From sequence record ON529857.1: a stretch of 64,000 bases of DNA; one strand, 5' to 3'. Below are positions 1 through 8,062 of this stretch, in pieces. Under the pieces are notes generated by a model, which was not told the DNA's origin, searched no databases, and saw only the letters and a program-made list of their open reading frames with translations. Every line of letters begins with the position of its first letter. The first letter of the stretch is position 1. Position numbers and translations under genes: made by a program.

Positions 1-397
1 CATCAGCCGGATCGTCCAGGTCCGAAGCGTCGACGGCTTCAACCTTCGAATAGTCCACGACCGGAGCAGCCGGAGCGGCGGCTTGCTGCTGGGCGGCCGC
101 GATCGCGGCCTGCTGCATCGCCAGTTGCTGGGCGACTTGCTGCTGCTGCGCCAGAAGCGCGGCGTTGGCGCCGTCGTTGGTCGAAGTCTTCTGACCCTGA
201 GCGGCGTCCAGAACCTTCTGCGAAGGCGACGGACCTTCCGGCACATGGGCGGTCGCGAACGGCGCATAATGGTTCGGCGACGCCTTCACGCCGGGAATCC
301 AGGAATAGCCGCAGCCGTTGACAAGGTCACGGGCGTTGGCGCGGGTGTGCATCTCGGCTTCGCCCGACGGGCTGTAGACGACGACGGAGTTCGACAT
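1..397 (-). CDS. Hypothetical protein downstream of the capsid module, probably virion-associated (partial, runs off left edge)
   Basis: Absent from ORF track. Hand translation from ATG at 397: MSNSVVVYSPSGEAEMHTRANARDLVNGCGYSW...LLAQQQQVAQQLAMQQAA. AGGA upstream; frame open to base 1. Confidence 0.75.
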   Translation of the reverse strand, partial: MSNSVVVYSPSGEAEMHTRANARDLVNGCGYSWIPGVKASPNHYAPFATAHVPEGPSPSQKVLDAAQGQKTSTNDGANAALLAQQQQVAQQLAMQQAAIAAAQQQAAAPAAPVVDYSKVEAVDASDLDDPAD

Positions 398-511
398 AGG
401 TCGGGTGGTCCTGTTTCGGGGGAGTTAGGCGGGGATGAAAAAGAGCGCAGGGGCACCCGCGCGAGCCCAAAACTTGTGACACGAATCGTCCTCGAAGTCA
501 AGATTTTCAAC

Positions 512-540
512 TTGACAAGCCAGGATTCACGTCACTGAGA
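512..540 (+). promoter_or_regulatory. Candidate plus-strand sigma70 promoter for the structured RNA
   Basis: Perfect TTGACA at 512-517; -10 is weak (CTGAGA at 17 bp). Predicted start ~546-547, at the first hairpin. Confidence 0.4.
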
Positions 541-544
541 AAAC

Positions 545-1144
545 AATCCACAGACGGGCTTATCTGTGGATAACTGACGATGTGTCGTTGACCCGTCACA
601 TCGACCCGGCTACACGTTCGTCATCGCTTCGGTAACGGAGCGGTCGGCGACCGGGCCTCGGCCCCTAGCCGGGGTTTCTCGACTTTCCTCAACCTTCGGG
701 AAGAGGACGGCGGGAAACTGGAGAACCAACCGGCGGGGTGACCCGCAGGACCTGGCCGTGGACACGAACCTTCAGACTGCCGCAGTCTTGAGTCGGTCCT
801 CAGGGATTGGACGGTGCCCAGCAAAGCGTCGTCACGATTTTCTCCGCGAGCCGTCCGCAGCAATGCGCCGGTTCGTCCAGAGACCTACATCGGTCGACTT
901 GCCTCCACGGGTTTTAGCCGGCCGATATGGTAGAGACGGAACACCGGGTCACACCGGACCGCTTACCGCCGGAACGGCTTCACCGTGGTGACACGGAATG
1001 CCCAACCGGACGACCCTTCCGGGAAACCGAGGAGGACCTCGTTCTCTCCCGGCCTAATCGTAAGAGATGGTCGGACAGTTAGGTCAGCCAGAACCAGATC
1101 GTCGGGGAAGCCCGCCTCAATCTTCGGATCGAGGCGGGCTTTTG
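545..1144 (+). ncRNA. Group I intron-like structured RNA (ORF-less, no host gene visible)
   Basis: P/Q/R/S-like elements in canonical order: GGCGGGAAAC 709-718, GUCCGCAGC 853-861, GUCCAGAGACCUA 875-887, UAAGAGAUGGUCGGAC 1061-1076. P5 = 719-725/840-846; P7 = GACC 882-885/GGUC 1069-1072. Several C(UUCG)G and GNRA-capped hairpins, all on the + strand. Confidence 0.7.
1107..1144 (+). terminator. Intrinsic terminator ending the plus-strand RNA (may also stop the converging minus-strand gene)
   Basis: AAGCCCGCCTC-AATC-TTCG-GATC-GAGGCGGGCTT followed by a T-run on the + strand. Confidence 0.7.
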
Positions 1145-1147
1145 CAT

Positions 1148-2083
1148 TTAGGCCTCGACGGTGAAAGACAGCTCCACCGGCGGAGACGTGCGCGTGCGCG
1201 TTTCCGCCTTCAGGGTCACGATGAAATCGCCGCCCGAGAAACCCTTGCGGTAGAACGACAGTCTCTGGATGTTCTGATAGACATAGCCGTCGGTGGTTCC
1301 GTCGGTGATGTCGATCCCTTCCGCCGGATTCTCCAGGTGAACCTTTCCGGCCGCATCCGTGCGCAGCGTCAGGACCAGATCGGATTCCGGCGCCTTGCCC
1401 GTCACCGTCAAGGTGATGGTATAGAGGTCCGTCAACACCTTGCCGGACGTCTTGTCGGTCAAGCCGATGCTGAAAGGGATGATCCAGTCCCGTCCCGCCG
1501 CCTGGGGCAGGGCGTAAACGCCTTCCACCGGCTGCACGACCGTCAGATCGTTTGGATAACGGGCCGCAGCCGCCAGCTCGATCTCGCCGTTGGTGGCCGT
1601 CGTCATCCCGCCGACCGGATTGCCGGAGCCGTGCGTCAGGTAGCCGTCCGGGGTCTTGAACGACGGCTCGACATCTTCGGCCGTCGTCGGCGCGGTCAAC
1701 TCCGCAGCCGGGACGACCGCCGTCGTGAAGGTCGTTTCAACCGTCTCGCCACCATAGACGGCCTGGACCGTAAACGAAATCGGACCAGGAGCATCCGCTT
1801 CCGTCCCGCCGGCGACGATGCGGGACCCCGCCAAAGCCAGCAGTCCTCCGGCCGCGTCCGTCAGCGAAAGCGACGCTTCAGGAATCGAGACGTAGACCTC
1901 GCCCACGGGCGCGTCCATCGCCGAGCCGGCGACCAGGGTGCCACCGCTGTAGAAGAGTTGGAGAGGCAGGGCGCGGCCCTGGGCTCCGGCGCCCGACATG
2001 CCGCCCGTGATGCGGCGCGGAAGCGGATCGCCTGGGGAGCTCTTGACGCGAGCGAGGAGATTGATCTTGCGAGTGATAGCCAT
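1148..2083 (-). CDS. Putative virion structural/decoration protein, 311 aa
   Basis: Long ORF with phage-like codon use directly after the minor capsid gene; rich in Thr/Gly/beta-strand residues. Confidence 0.6.
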   Translation of the reverse strand: MAITRKINLLARVKSSPGDPLPRRITGGMSGAGAQGRALPLQLFYSGGTLVAGSAMDAPVGEVYVSIPEASLSLTDAAGGLLALAGSRIVAGGTEADAPGPISFTVQAVYGGETVETTFTTAVVPAAELTAPTTAEDVEPSFKTPDGYLTHGSGNPVGGMTTATNGEIELAAAARYPNDLTVVQPVEGVYALPQAAGRDWIIPFSIGLTDKTSGKVLTDLYTITLTVTGKAPESDLVLTLRTDAAGKVHLENPAEGIDITDGTTDGYVYQNIQRLSFYRKGFSGGDFIVTLKAETRTRTSPPVELSFTVEA

Positions 2084-2127
2084 GATGCGTCCTTTTCATG
2101 ATGGCGTATGGTGGTTAACCACCTGGA

Positions 2128-2164
2128 TAAAGAAAAAGGGCCGCCCCTTTCGAGGCGGCCCTTC
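2128..2164 (-). terminator. Intrinsic terminator of the capsid transcript
   Basis: AAGGGCCGCC...GGCGGCCCTT stem followed on the - strand by TTTTTCTTT. Confidence 0.8.
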
Positions 2165-2190
2165 ATGTTTCCCGGACCGGGAGGCCTGGA

Positions 2191-2625
2191 TTAGGCCTTC
2201 GAGTTCGGAGCCGCGAACGCGTAGTACGAGACCGAAGCGCCCGAACCCAGTTCGGCGTAGATGCGGATGCCAGCGGCATCGTCATCAGCAGCCTTCAGGG
2301 TGGCCGGGTCGAACTTCAGCACGACCACGCTGCCGATCAGGGCAGCGGCGTCGATCGAACCGCCGGGGGCGTCGACCGGGTTGGCGCCGGCGGCGTCAAC
2401 GGTCTGAACCTTCAGGGCGGCGTCGCCGGTGGCAGCGTCGACGACGACGATGACGTCGAACGGCGTCTGGCCGTACATGTTCTTCAGATCGCCGCGACCG
2501 GCGGTCAGACGGTGCAGGTCAACGACCTGGCCGCCAGCAGCCGAAGCCGCCACAGCGGTGGCGCGATCCGAAAGGCTACGCAGCGCCAGGAGGGCGTCGT
2601 AACCGTGCTTGATCTTGGAGTTCAT
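2191..2625 (-). CDS. Minor capsid / head decoration protein
   Basis: 144 aa immediately after the MCP; N-terminus MNSKIKHGYDALLAL resembles the phiCbK-type minor capsid protein (from memory). Confidence 0.75.
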   Translation of the reverse strand: MNSKIKHGYDALLALRSLSDRATAVAASAAGGQVVDLHRLTAGRGDLKNMYGQTPFDVIVVVDAATGDAALKVQTVDAAGANPVDAPGGSIDAAALIGSVVVLKFDPATLKAADDDAAGIRIYAELGSGASVSYYAFAAPNSKA

Positions 2626-2700
2626 CTCAGAGATGTCCTTAGAAGGTGGTGGTGTTGTGGAAAGCCGGGGTGACCGAAGTCACCCCGTTGGGGTCACCGC

Positions 2701-3636
2701 TTACGCGGTCACCGCCGCCTTCTTGATGCCCCAGACGCGAGCGGCGGCGCGGCCCGACAGCACCGCGAGGCTGATCAGCCACTCGATGCGGGTGCGGTAA
2801 ACCGGCTTGTCGTTGACCTGACCCAGGTCGTCGACTTCCATCACGCCGTTTTGCAGGCCGATGACGCCCGAGTCGCCCACGTTCACGACGTAGATCGAGG
2901 TGCCAACGGGAGCGCCGCCACCGGGGCAGGCTTCGTTGAAGTCGATCACTTGCGTGTTCGTGTCGTCGTAGTCGGTGGTCAGGATCGGCAGGTCGTTATA
3001 GAACGCGACGCGCGTTCCATATTCGTCCTTGTCCCAGGTGATGAAGCCGGCGACCGAAGTCTGGCGCGAAGCGGCCGACAGCAGGTTGCGCATGCGCTTC
3101 GACATGATCAGGTGCGTGGCGCCGTCGACAGCGTCGATGGCTTCGTCCAGCACTTGCAGCGACAGAGCGTCACCGCCAGCGGTGGCGCCGGCCGGGATCA
3201 GCTGATCGCCGACGATGCGCTTGCGCAGGCCGTCGAATTCACGCGGATCGGCTTCCGAGTCGCCGTTGATGATCTTGCCGGCCAGGAAGAGCGACAGGGC
3301 CTTGACCTTCATCTTTTCCTGCATGGTGCGGATGTTCGCGCCATGAGTACGGATGAGGGCCTTATCGACGTCCAGGTCGCCGCCGACGATCTTCAGAACT
3401 TCGACTTGCGAGTTGATGACGCCGACGCCGTTCCCGTACGCTTCGTTGAAGCCACGGAAAGCCACGCCAGGCAGCTGACCTTCTTGGGTGTAGGTGTACG
3501 AACCACCCGGCACGTCCATGAAGGGGAGGACCTTCAGGAGGTCCGGATAAGCGAACAGCTCGATGATCGCCGAGCGCTTCACTTCGTCGTTGCCCATAGC
3601 CAGGTCAGAGGCTTCGAGCAGGGTCAAGGCAGCCAT
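2701..3636 (-). CDS. Major capsid protein (HK97 fold, phiCbK type)
   Basis: 311 aa; motifs LPFMDVPGGSYTYTQEGQLPGVAFRGFNE, GGDLDVDKAL, INGDSEADPREFDGLRKR, RTRIEW; lies after the scaffold gene. Confidence 0.93.
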   Translation of the reverse strand: MAALTLLEASDLAMGNDEVKRSAIIELFAYPDLLKVLPFMDVPGGSYTYTQEGQLPGVAFRGFNEAYGNGVGVINSQVEVLKIVGGDLDVDKALIRTHGANIRTMQEKMKVKALSLFLAGKIINGDSEADPREFDGLRKRIVGDQLIPAGATAGGDALSLQVLDEAIDAVDGATHLIMSKRMRNLLSAASRQTSVAGFITWDKDEYGTRVAFYNDLPILTTDYDDTNTQVIDFNEACPGGGAPVGTSIYVVNVGDSGVIGLQNGVMEVDDLGQVNDKPVYRTRIEWLISLAVLSGRAAARVWGIKKAAVTA

Positions 3637-3997
3637 TGGCTGTCTCCTCTAGGTTTCATGGTGGTCGTGTTCAGGGAGGCGGCCCCCGCCTCGGGCTCCC
3701 CCTCGGACCGACCACCGTCAGCACCCGAGGGAATATTTTTGAGTCACCTTTTCCGAAGAAACGTGACTCAATTCTGTGCGGATCGCCCCATGGCGCTCGA
3801 CGCGAAAGTGGTTGCCCGTTCGGGCGAAATCTGTGACGGCTTTTGACGAGAGCCGACCAACTCGGGGCCTGGAGTAGAAAGGAGGAAACACCTCCAAGCC
3901 CGGTCGACCTGAATGAACAGGCCTAGACATGACGGGGTCATACCCGACGCTTTAGGTCCGCCGACCAACCCCTTGGCGGAGGGGATTTCCGTGCGTC

Positions 3998-4792
3998 TTA
4001 CAGACGCGAAGCGCGATCGCCGTTCGCCAGGGCCAGCTTGTCGGCCGCCGACAGGTTGCGCATCTCGGCCTGGGTCTTGCCCAGAGCGCCGCGCTGCCCG
4101 CCGTCCGCACCGCCGCCAGCCGCGCCGCCGCCGTGAGTGCCCTTGAAGTAGTGAGGCGCTTCGTCCTTCAGCTTCAGAATCCACTCCTTGGGCGTCAGCG
4201 GCGAGCCGCCGTCAGCACCGTACAGTTGCAGATCGCCCTGGTAGGCCAGAACGCGACCATCATCGCCGGCGCGCCAGACTTCCGTCGCGCGGTGCAGGAT
4301 GTCGCGGACGGCCGCCGGAGCGACGCCCAGTTCCGGGTCGATCAGAGCGTCCTTGATGGCGGTATTCACCAGGGTGCGCTTGTAAGTCGATTCCAGATCG
4401 GTGGCCTTGGTCTTCCAGTTGGCGCCTTCCTTCTGGGCGGCGCGAATCTGGTCCTCCAGGACCTTCTTCATATCTTCGGTCCGGCGGATCACTTCTTCTT
4501 CGATCCGGCGGCTGTCGGTCAGCTGACCATCCTTCACGCGCTGCGACGTCGCGCGCAGTTCAGTCAGGTCGTTGACAAAGGCGGTGGGGTCTTCGCCGAC
4601 GATCGGCTCCAGCGTCTCCACCTTCTTCTTCAGCTCGTCGCGTTCCTTGACGAGCGTGATGTTGGTCTCGCGAAATTCGTCCAGTTTTTCCTGGGCGACG
4701 AGGTTGATTTGGACCTTGTCCCCATCAGCCTTGGCATAGCTGCGGAGCGGCTCCGGAATCTGATCCAGAGTGTCGAAAGTGCAAATGGGCAT
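3998..4792 (-). CDS. Capsid scaffolding protein
   Basis: Coiled-coil, charged 264-aa protein with Gly-rich linker and short C-terminal helix, directly upstream of the MCP. Start reassigned to MPICTF (4792). Confidence 0.75.
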   Translation of the reverse strand: MPICTFDTLDQIPEPLRSYAKADGDKVQINLVAQEKLDEFRETNITLVKERDELKKKVETLEPIVGEDPTAFVNDLTELRATSQRVKDGQLTDSRRIEEEVIRRTEDMKKVLEDQIRAAQKEGANWKTKATDLESTYKRTLVNTAIKDALIDPELGVAPAAVRDILHRATEVWRAGDDGRVLAYQGDLQLYGADGGSPLTPKEWILKLKDEAPHYFKGTHGGGAAGGGADGGQRGALGKTQAEMRNLSAADKLALANGDRASRL

Positions 4793-5012
4793 TACTGAGT
4801 TGTTTCTCTTGCGCCCTGGACCCCAGGGCATGGCGCTACGACCCGTGCGTCGCGAGATGATTTTACGGTGGGACCGGCTTCGGGGCCGTTCTCCTTCGGG
4901 ATGACGCGGACCCTATCAAAAAAGATTGGAAATGTCAAGAATCTCCTCAATTAAGTATTGACTGCCAGGATTCACGGCGCTACTGATTGGGGTTTGCCCA
5001 AAGAGTGGCCCC

Positions 5013-5585
5013 TTAGGAAGGCAGTTGTTTCTTCTGGGTCTTGACAGTATTGCGCGACTTCCGTTCAATGACGAAGCCGTAACGCGCCATATCCGAGGCG
5101 CTCTTTTCCTTGTGGCAGGGATCGGTGCAGAGTATCTGGACGTTCTCTGGTTCCCAGAATGACCAATCGCCAAATGCCAGGAACAACGGCACTACGTGAT
5201 CTGCTTGCCATTTATCCGACAAGCGATTCCATACCTTCCCACACTTAGCACATTTACCTTCGTCCCGCAAGAAGACATGCTGGCGCATCACCTTCGGATC
5301 GGAACGGAGCAAGTATTGGTTCACGCACGTCTGGCCGCACCAAGAACGGCGCAGATTCAACGTCACGCCGTCTACTTTAAAAATCTTCACGCCACACCAC
5401 CGGCAGTGTCCGGGCGGCTGACGCGTGATTTTCGATGGGTGGGTGCGGTGGTTGTAGGACACAGGCAGTTTGGACCCGCGCGGTTTCTTTGACCGACGCG
5501 GTCGGCGCGACGCACGGCGTCGGCGGGTAATCGTATTGGCGGTCGTCTTCGGGGGAGATGCGCGCCGCTTTGGGCGGCGGGCCAT
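5013..5585 (-). CDS. HNH endonuclease
   Basis: CRWCG and CAKCG zinc knuckles, WQADHVVPL, ENVQILCTDPCHKEKS. True start may be GTG at 5462. Lower GC than neighbours. Confidence 0.88.
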   Translation of the reverse strand: MARRPKRRASPPKTTANTITRRRRASRRPRRSKKPRGSKLPVSYNHRTHPSKITRQPPGHCRWCGVKIFKVDGVTLNLRRSWCGQTCVNQYLLRSDPKVMRQHVFLRDEGKCAKCGKVWNRLSDKWQADHVVPLFLAFGDWSFWEPENVQILCTDPCHKEKSASDMARYGFVIERKSRNTVKTQKKQLPS

Positions 5586-5615
5586 CAGGCGTCAGCCGGC
5601 TTTCGCCGTTCGTAT

Positions 5616-6071
5616 TCAGTCATCGGAAAAGAGGTGGCGCAGCGCCATCGCGTCCCAGTAGGCATTATGCTGGACGGCGCCTTCCAGCGAAGTCGGGTAG
5701 GATTGAACCCGCATCATCTCAAAGGTGAGGTGATGTTTGGCGACCATTTCACCAGGCCCCGTCATGAGCGCCCGGCAGAAGTAGGCGATGTCGTCCGGCC
5801 AGTCCGAGATGATGTGCGGTCGGTCATCCCCCAGAAGGTAGGCGGCGATGGTTCGCGCGGCATCCGCCGGCGTCAAACCCTTCCAGATCGACAGGTCGTC
5901 CGGAACCGATTCCAGCAGAGGTTTGACGTTCTCCTCAACCCAAGGCGTGCAGGGTTGTTCGGCCCGGTCCAGGATGATGTAAAGAGACTTGGCGCCGTCT
6001 TGCCGAATCAGCGCGAGACTGAGAAGATCACCGCCGAAGCCGTCGAACTCACAGTCGAGAAAATAGTTCAT
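5616..6071 (-). CDS. DEDDh 3'-5' exoribonuclease (Rv2179c-like)
   Basis: Motifs YFLDCEF, SDWPDDIAYF, HNAYWDAMAL. Confidence 0.8.
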   Translation of the reverse strand: MNYFLDCEFDGFGGDLLSLALIRQDGAKSLYIILDRAEQPCTPWVEENVKPLLESVPDDLSIWKGLTPADAARTIAAYLLGDDRPHIISDWPDDIAYFCRALMTGPGEMVAKHHLTFEMMRVQSYPTSLEGAVQHNAYWDAMALRHLFSDD

Positions 6072-6103
6072 AGATAGATGATTCAGGTGACGTTCACGGC
6101 AGT

Positions 6104-6376
6104 TTACGTCAACTTCCCCTTCAGCGCCGCCAGGTGCGCCAGGTTGTCGTGGTGGATGCGGATGTGATCGAGGAGCGCTTCGTAGGTCGCCAGGGCCTGG
6201 AGCCGGGACGCCTCAACGTCCGAACCGGACACGCGCCCTTTCGTCGGCGTGGTCGTCATCAGCTTGACGTAAGCGTTGTGCGCCAAGGCGTATTCGTGGT
6301 TGAGCGAATCGATGTCGCGGCGAGACGCCGTGGCGTCAGCGATCGCCTTCTTGATCGCGTCTTTGCGTGCACTCAT
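6104..6376 (-). CDS. Hypothetical helical protein (possible paralog of 61135-61377)
   Basis: Start reassigned to MSARKD; shares a RLQALATYEALLD-like segment with the gene upstream of terS. Confidence 0.65.
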   Translation of the reverse strand: MSARKDAIKKAIADATASRRDIDSLNHEYALAHNAYVKLMTTTPTKGRVSGSDVEASRLQALATYEALLDHIRIHHDNLAHLAALKGKLT

Positions 6377-6810
6377 AGGCGGGTGTGTTCGTCCCCATCG
6401 TCGATGTCCGGGGCCTGAACCGCTTCGACGATCTGAAACTGCGTCGTGTGCGGGAACAGCTGCGCGGCTTCTTCGGGAAGCCCTTCGAACAGCAGGTCCA
6501 ACTCTTCCAGCGTCCACGGACCGTCAGGATTCCGTTCTAGGATGTCGTCTTTCGCGGCAGTCATTTCATAGCCCAGATGCGTCAGCATGAAGCGCAAGAG
6601 ACCACCGGCCGGCGGCGCGACCTGGTCGGCATACTCCTCCGGAGACATATTCCAGTGCACGGCGACTTCACCCGTCACCGCCAGCGGAAAAGACCGATGC
6701 ACCGGTCCTTGCGAATCAGCCAGGATAGCGGCATAGAGGTCGGGGTCCGACAGATAGAGGCCGCGCTCATCCCGCTCCTGGGCGATCTCGGCCGGCGTCT
6801 TAGAGTCCAC
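6373..6810 (-). CDS. Hypothetical protein
   Basis: Acidic ORF overlapping both neighbours in an operon-like chain. Confidence 0.65.
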   Translation of the reverse strand: MDSKTPAEIAQERDERGLYLSDPDLYAAILADSQGPVHRSFPLAVTGEVAVHWNMSPEEYADQVAPPAGGLLRFMLTHLGYEMTAAKDDILERNPDGPWTLEELDLLFEGLPEEAAQLFPHTTQFQIVEAVQAPDIDDGDEHTRL

Positions 6811-7123
6811 GTTCGCACGCCTCCTTCAGCGCCTGGATCAGCTGGTTCGCCTGGCTCTCGTAGAGGAAGGAACGACGGGTCGCCTCAGCCGCGAGTTCAT
6901 CGGGCGTCACGGTCGGTTTCATCAAATCCACCTCGGCGTAGAGCGCCTTGTAGGCCAAGGCCCAGGCGAGACGTCGGGTGGATTGGACCGGCGCGGGCCA
7001 TTTCAGCAGCAGGGCGTCAACTTGCGGCACGGTGGTCTTCCTCTTGCAGCGGTTCCGCGCGTGGGGCCAGGCCGGCGCGAACCTGTTCGATCCATTCCCG
7101 CCGCGCTTCGTCGGCGCTGTCAC
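6800..7123 (-). CDS. Hypothetical protein (start uncertain)
   Basis: C-terminal two thirds look protein-like; overlaps neighbours. Confidence 0.5.
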   Translation of the reverse strand: MTAPTKRGGNGSNRFAPAWPHARNRCKRKTTVPQVDALLLKWPAPVQSTRRLAWALAYKALYAEVDLMKPTVTPDELAAEATRRSFLYESQANQLIQALKEACERGL

Positions 7124-7460
7124 GCGCCGGAAGATACGGACGGAACCCGATCACCACAGCGGAGCCTGGCGATTCGTAGATGATCTCGACCGCATCCGCC
7201 TGAGCCAGGTCGCTTTCCAGCTCTTCCTCCGGACCGGCGATCTCCAGGATCGCCAAGGCGAGACGGCGCGCCAGCCGCCGATCGAACAACATCTGGTTCT
7301 GCGGCGCGACGATCTCGACACAGCGTCCGTCGGGATTACCGATCGTGCGGAAGACGTGATGGAAGCGAGGGTCCATCGCCTCGGTGCAGCGCCAGACCAT
7401 CAATCCGCCTTGGATCGTCCGGACGAACGCCGCATCGGGCGGCGGAACCGACTTCGTCAA
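7017..7460 (-). CDS. Hypothetical protein
   Basis: 147-aa ORF in the coupled minus-strand chain. Confidence 0.6.
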   Translation of the reverse strand: MTKSVPPPDAAFVRTIQGGLMVWRCTEAMDPRFHHVFRTIGNPDGRCVEIVAPQNQMLFDRRLARRLALAILEIAGPEEELESDLAQADAVEIIYESPGSAVVIGFRPYLPARDSADEARREWIEQVRAGLAPRAEPLQEEDHRAAS

Positions 7461-7598
7461 CGCGGCGCCGTGGAGATGGTGGTGATGGCCGAGGTGTTCA
7501 TCAGCGCCGAGCGCAGCGATTCGTAACGGCGCGGAGCCAGGTAAGCCGGAACGATCGGAGCGAACAGCTTCGTCAAGGTCATCATGTCGGGAAGAAAC

Positions 7599-7835
7599 TC
7601 AGTTCGGGGGACGCCGTCCGCCCAGTTGCAGAAAATACAGCACGGCGCCGAAAGCGCCGACGAGACAGAAAAACGCCCCGATCGCATGGGCGAGAGGCGT
7701 TTCTCCAGGCGCCGCATCAATATACGGCACGACGATCTGCGCGAAGACCACCATGAACCATGCGGCGACGATCAGCATCAAGCTGCGGCGCTGCGCACGG
7801 GTCACAGGCGGTCTCCCCATTTGGAGAAGGCCCAC
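7599..7835 (-). CDS. Small membrane protein (2 TM)
   Basis: Two hydrophobic stretches: LMLIVAAWFMVVFAQIVV and AIGAFFCLVGAFGAVLYFL. Confidence 0.65.
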   Translation of the reverse strand: MGLLQMGRPPVTRAQRRSLMLIVAAWFMVVFAQIVVPYIDAAPGETPLAHAIGAFFCLVGAFGAVLYFLQLGGRRPPN

Positions 7836-8062
7836 TCTGCGAGGAGATAAAGGCCTGCCGCCGCGTTGGGGATCACGGCGCCGACTGTCATCGGCAAGAA
7901 CGTCAACCTGAGATCATGATGCCACAAAGCGTATGGCAACGCCAGAATTCCCCCGACGATCGCGCCGAGAAACGCCAACCCCACCACCCCGCCGACAATG
8001 GCGAGCGCAACGAGCCAGTTCATCGTGCCGCCCCAGCTATGCCCGAAGCCTGACGCGTCCAT
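7802..8062 (-). CDS. Small membrane protein (2-3 TM)
   Basis: Hydrophobic; likely start at MNWLVALAIV. Confidence 0.65.
   Translation of the reverse strand: MDASGFGHSWGGTMNWLVALAIVGGVVGLAFLGAIVGGILALPYALWHHDLRLTFLPMTVGAVIPNAAAGLYLLAEWAFSKWGDRL

Noticed and set aside
565-573. Perfect DnaA box (TTATCCACA on the - strand) with a partial inverted copy at 546-554
   Set aside because: Fully explained as the two arms of the first RNA hairpin (putative P1); there is no box cluster or AT-rich unwinding region. Not excluded, but unsupported.
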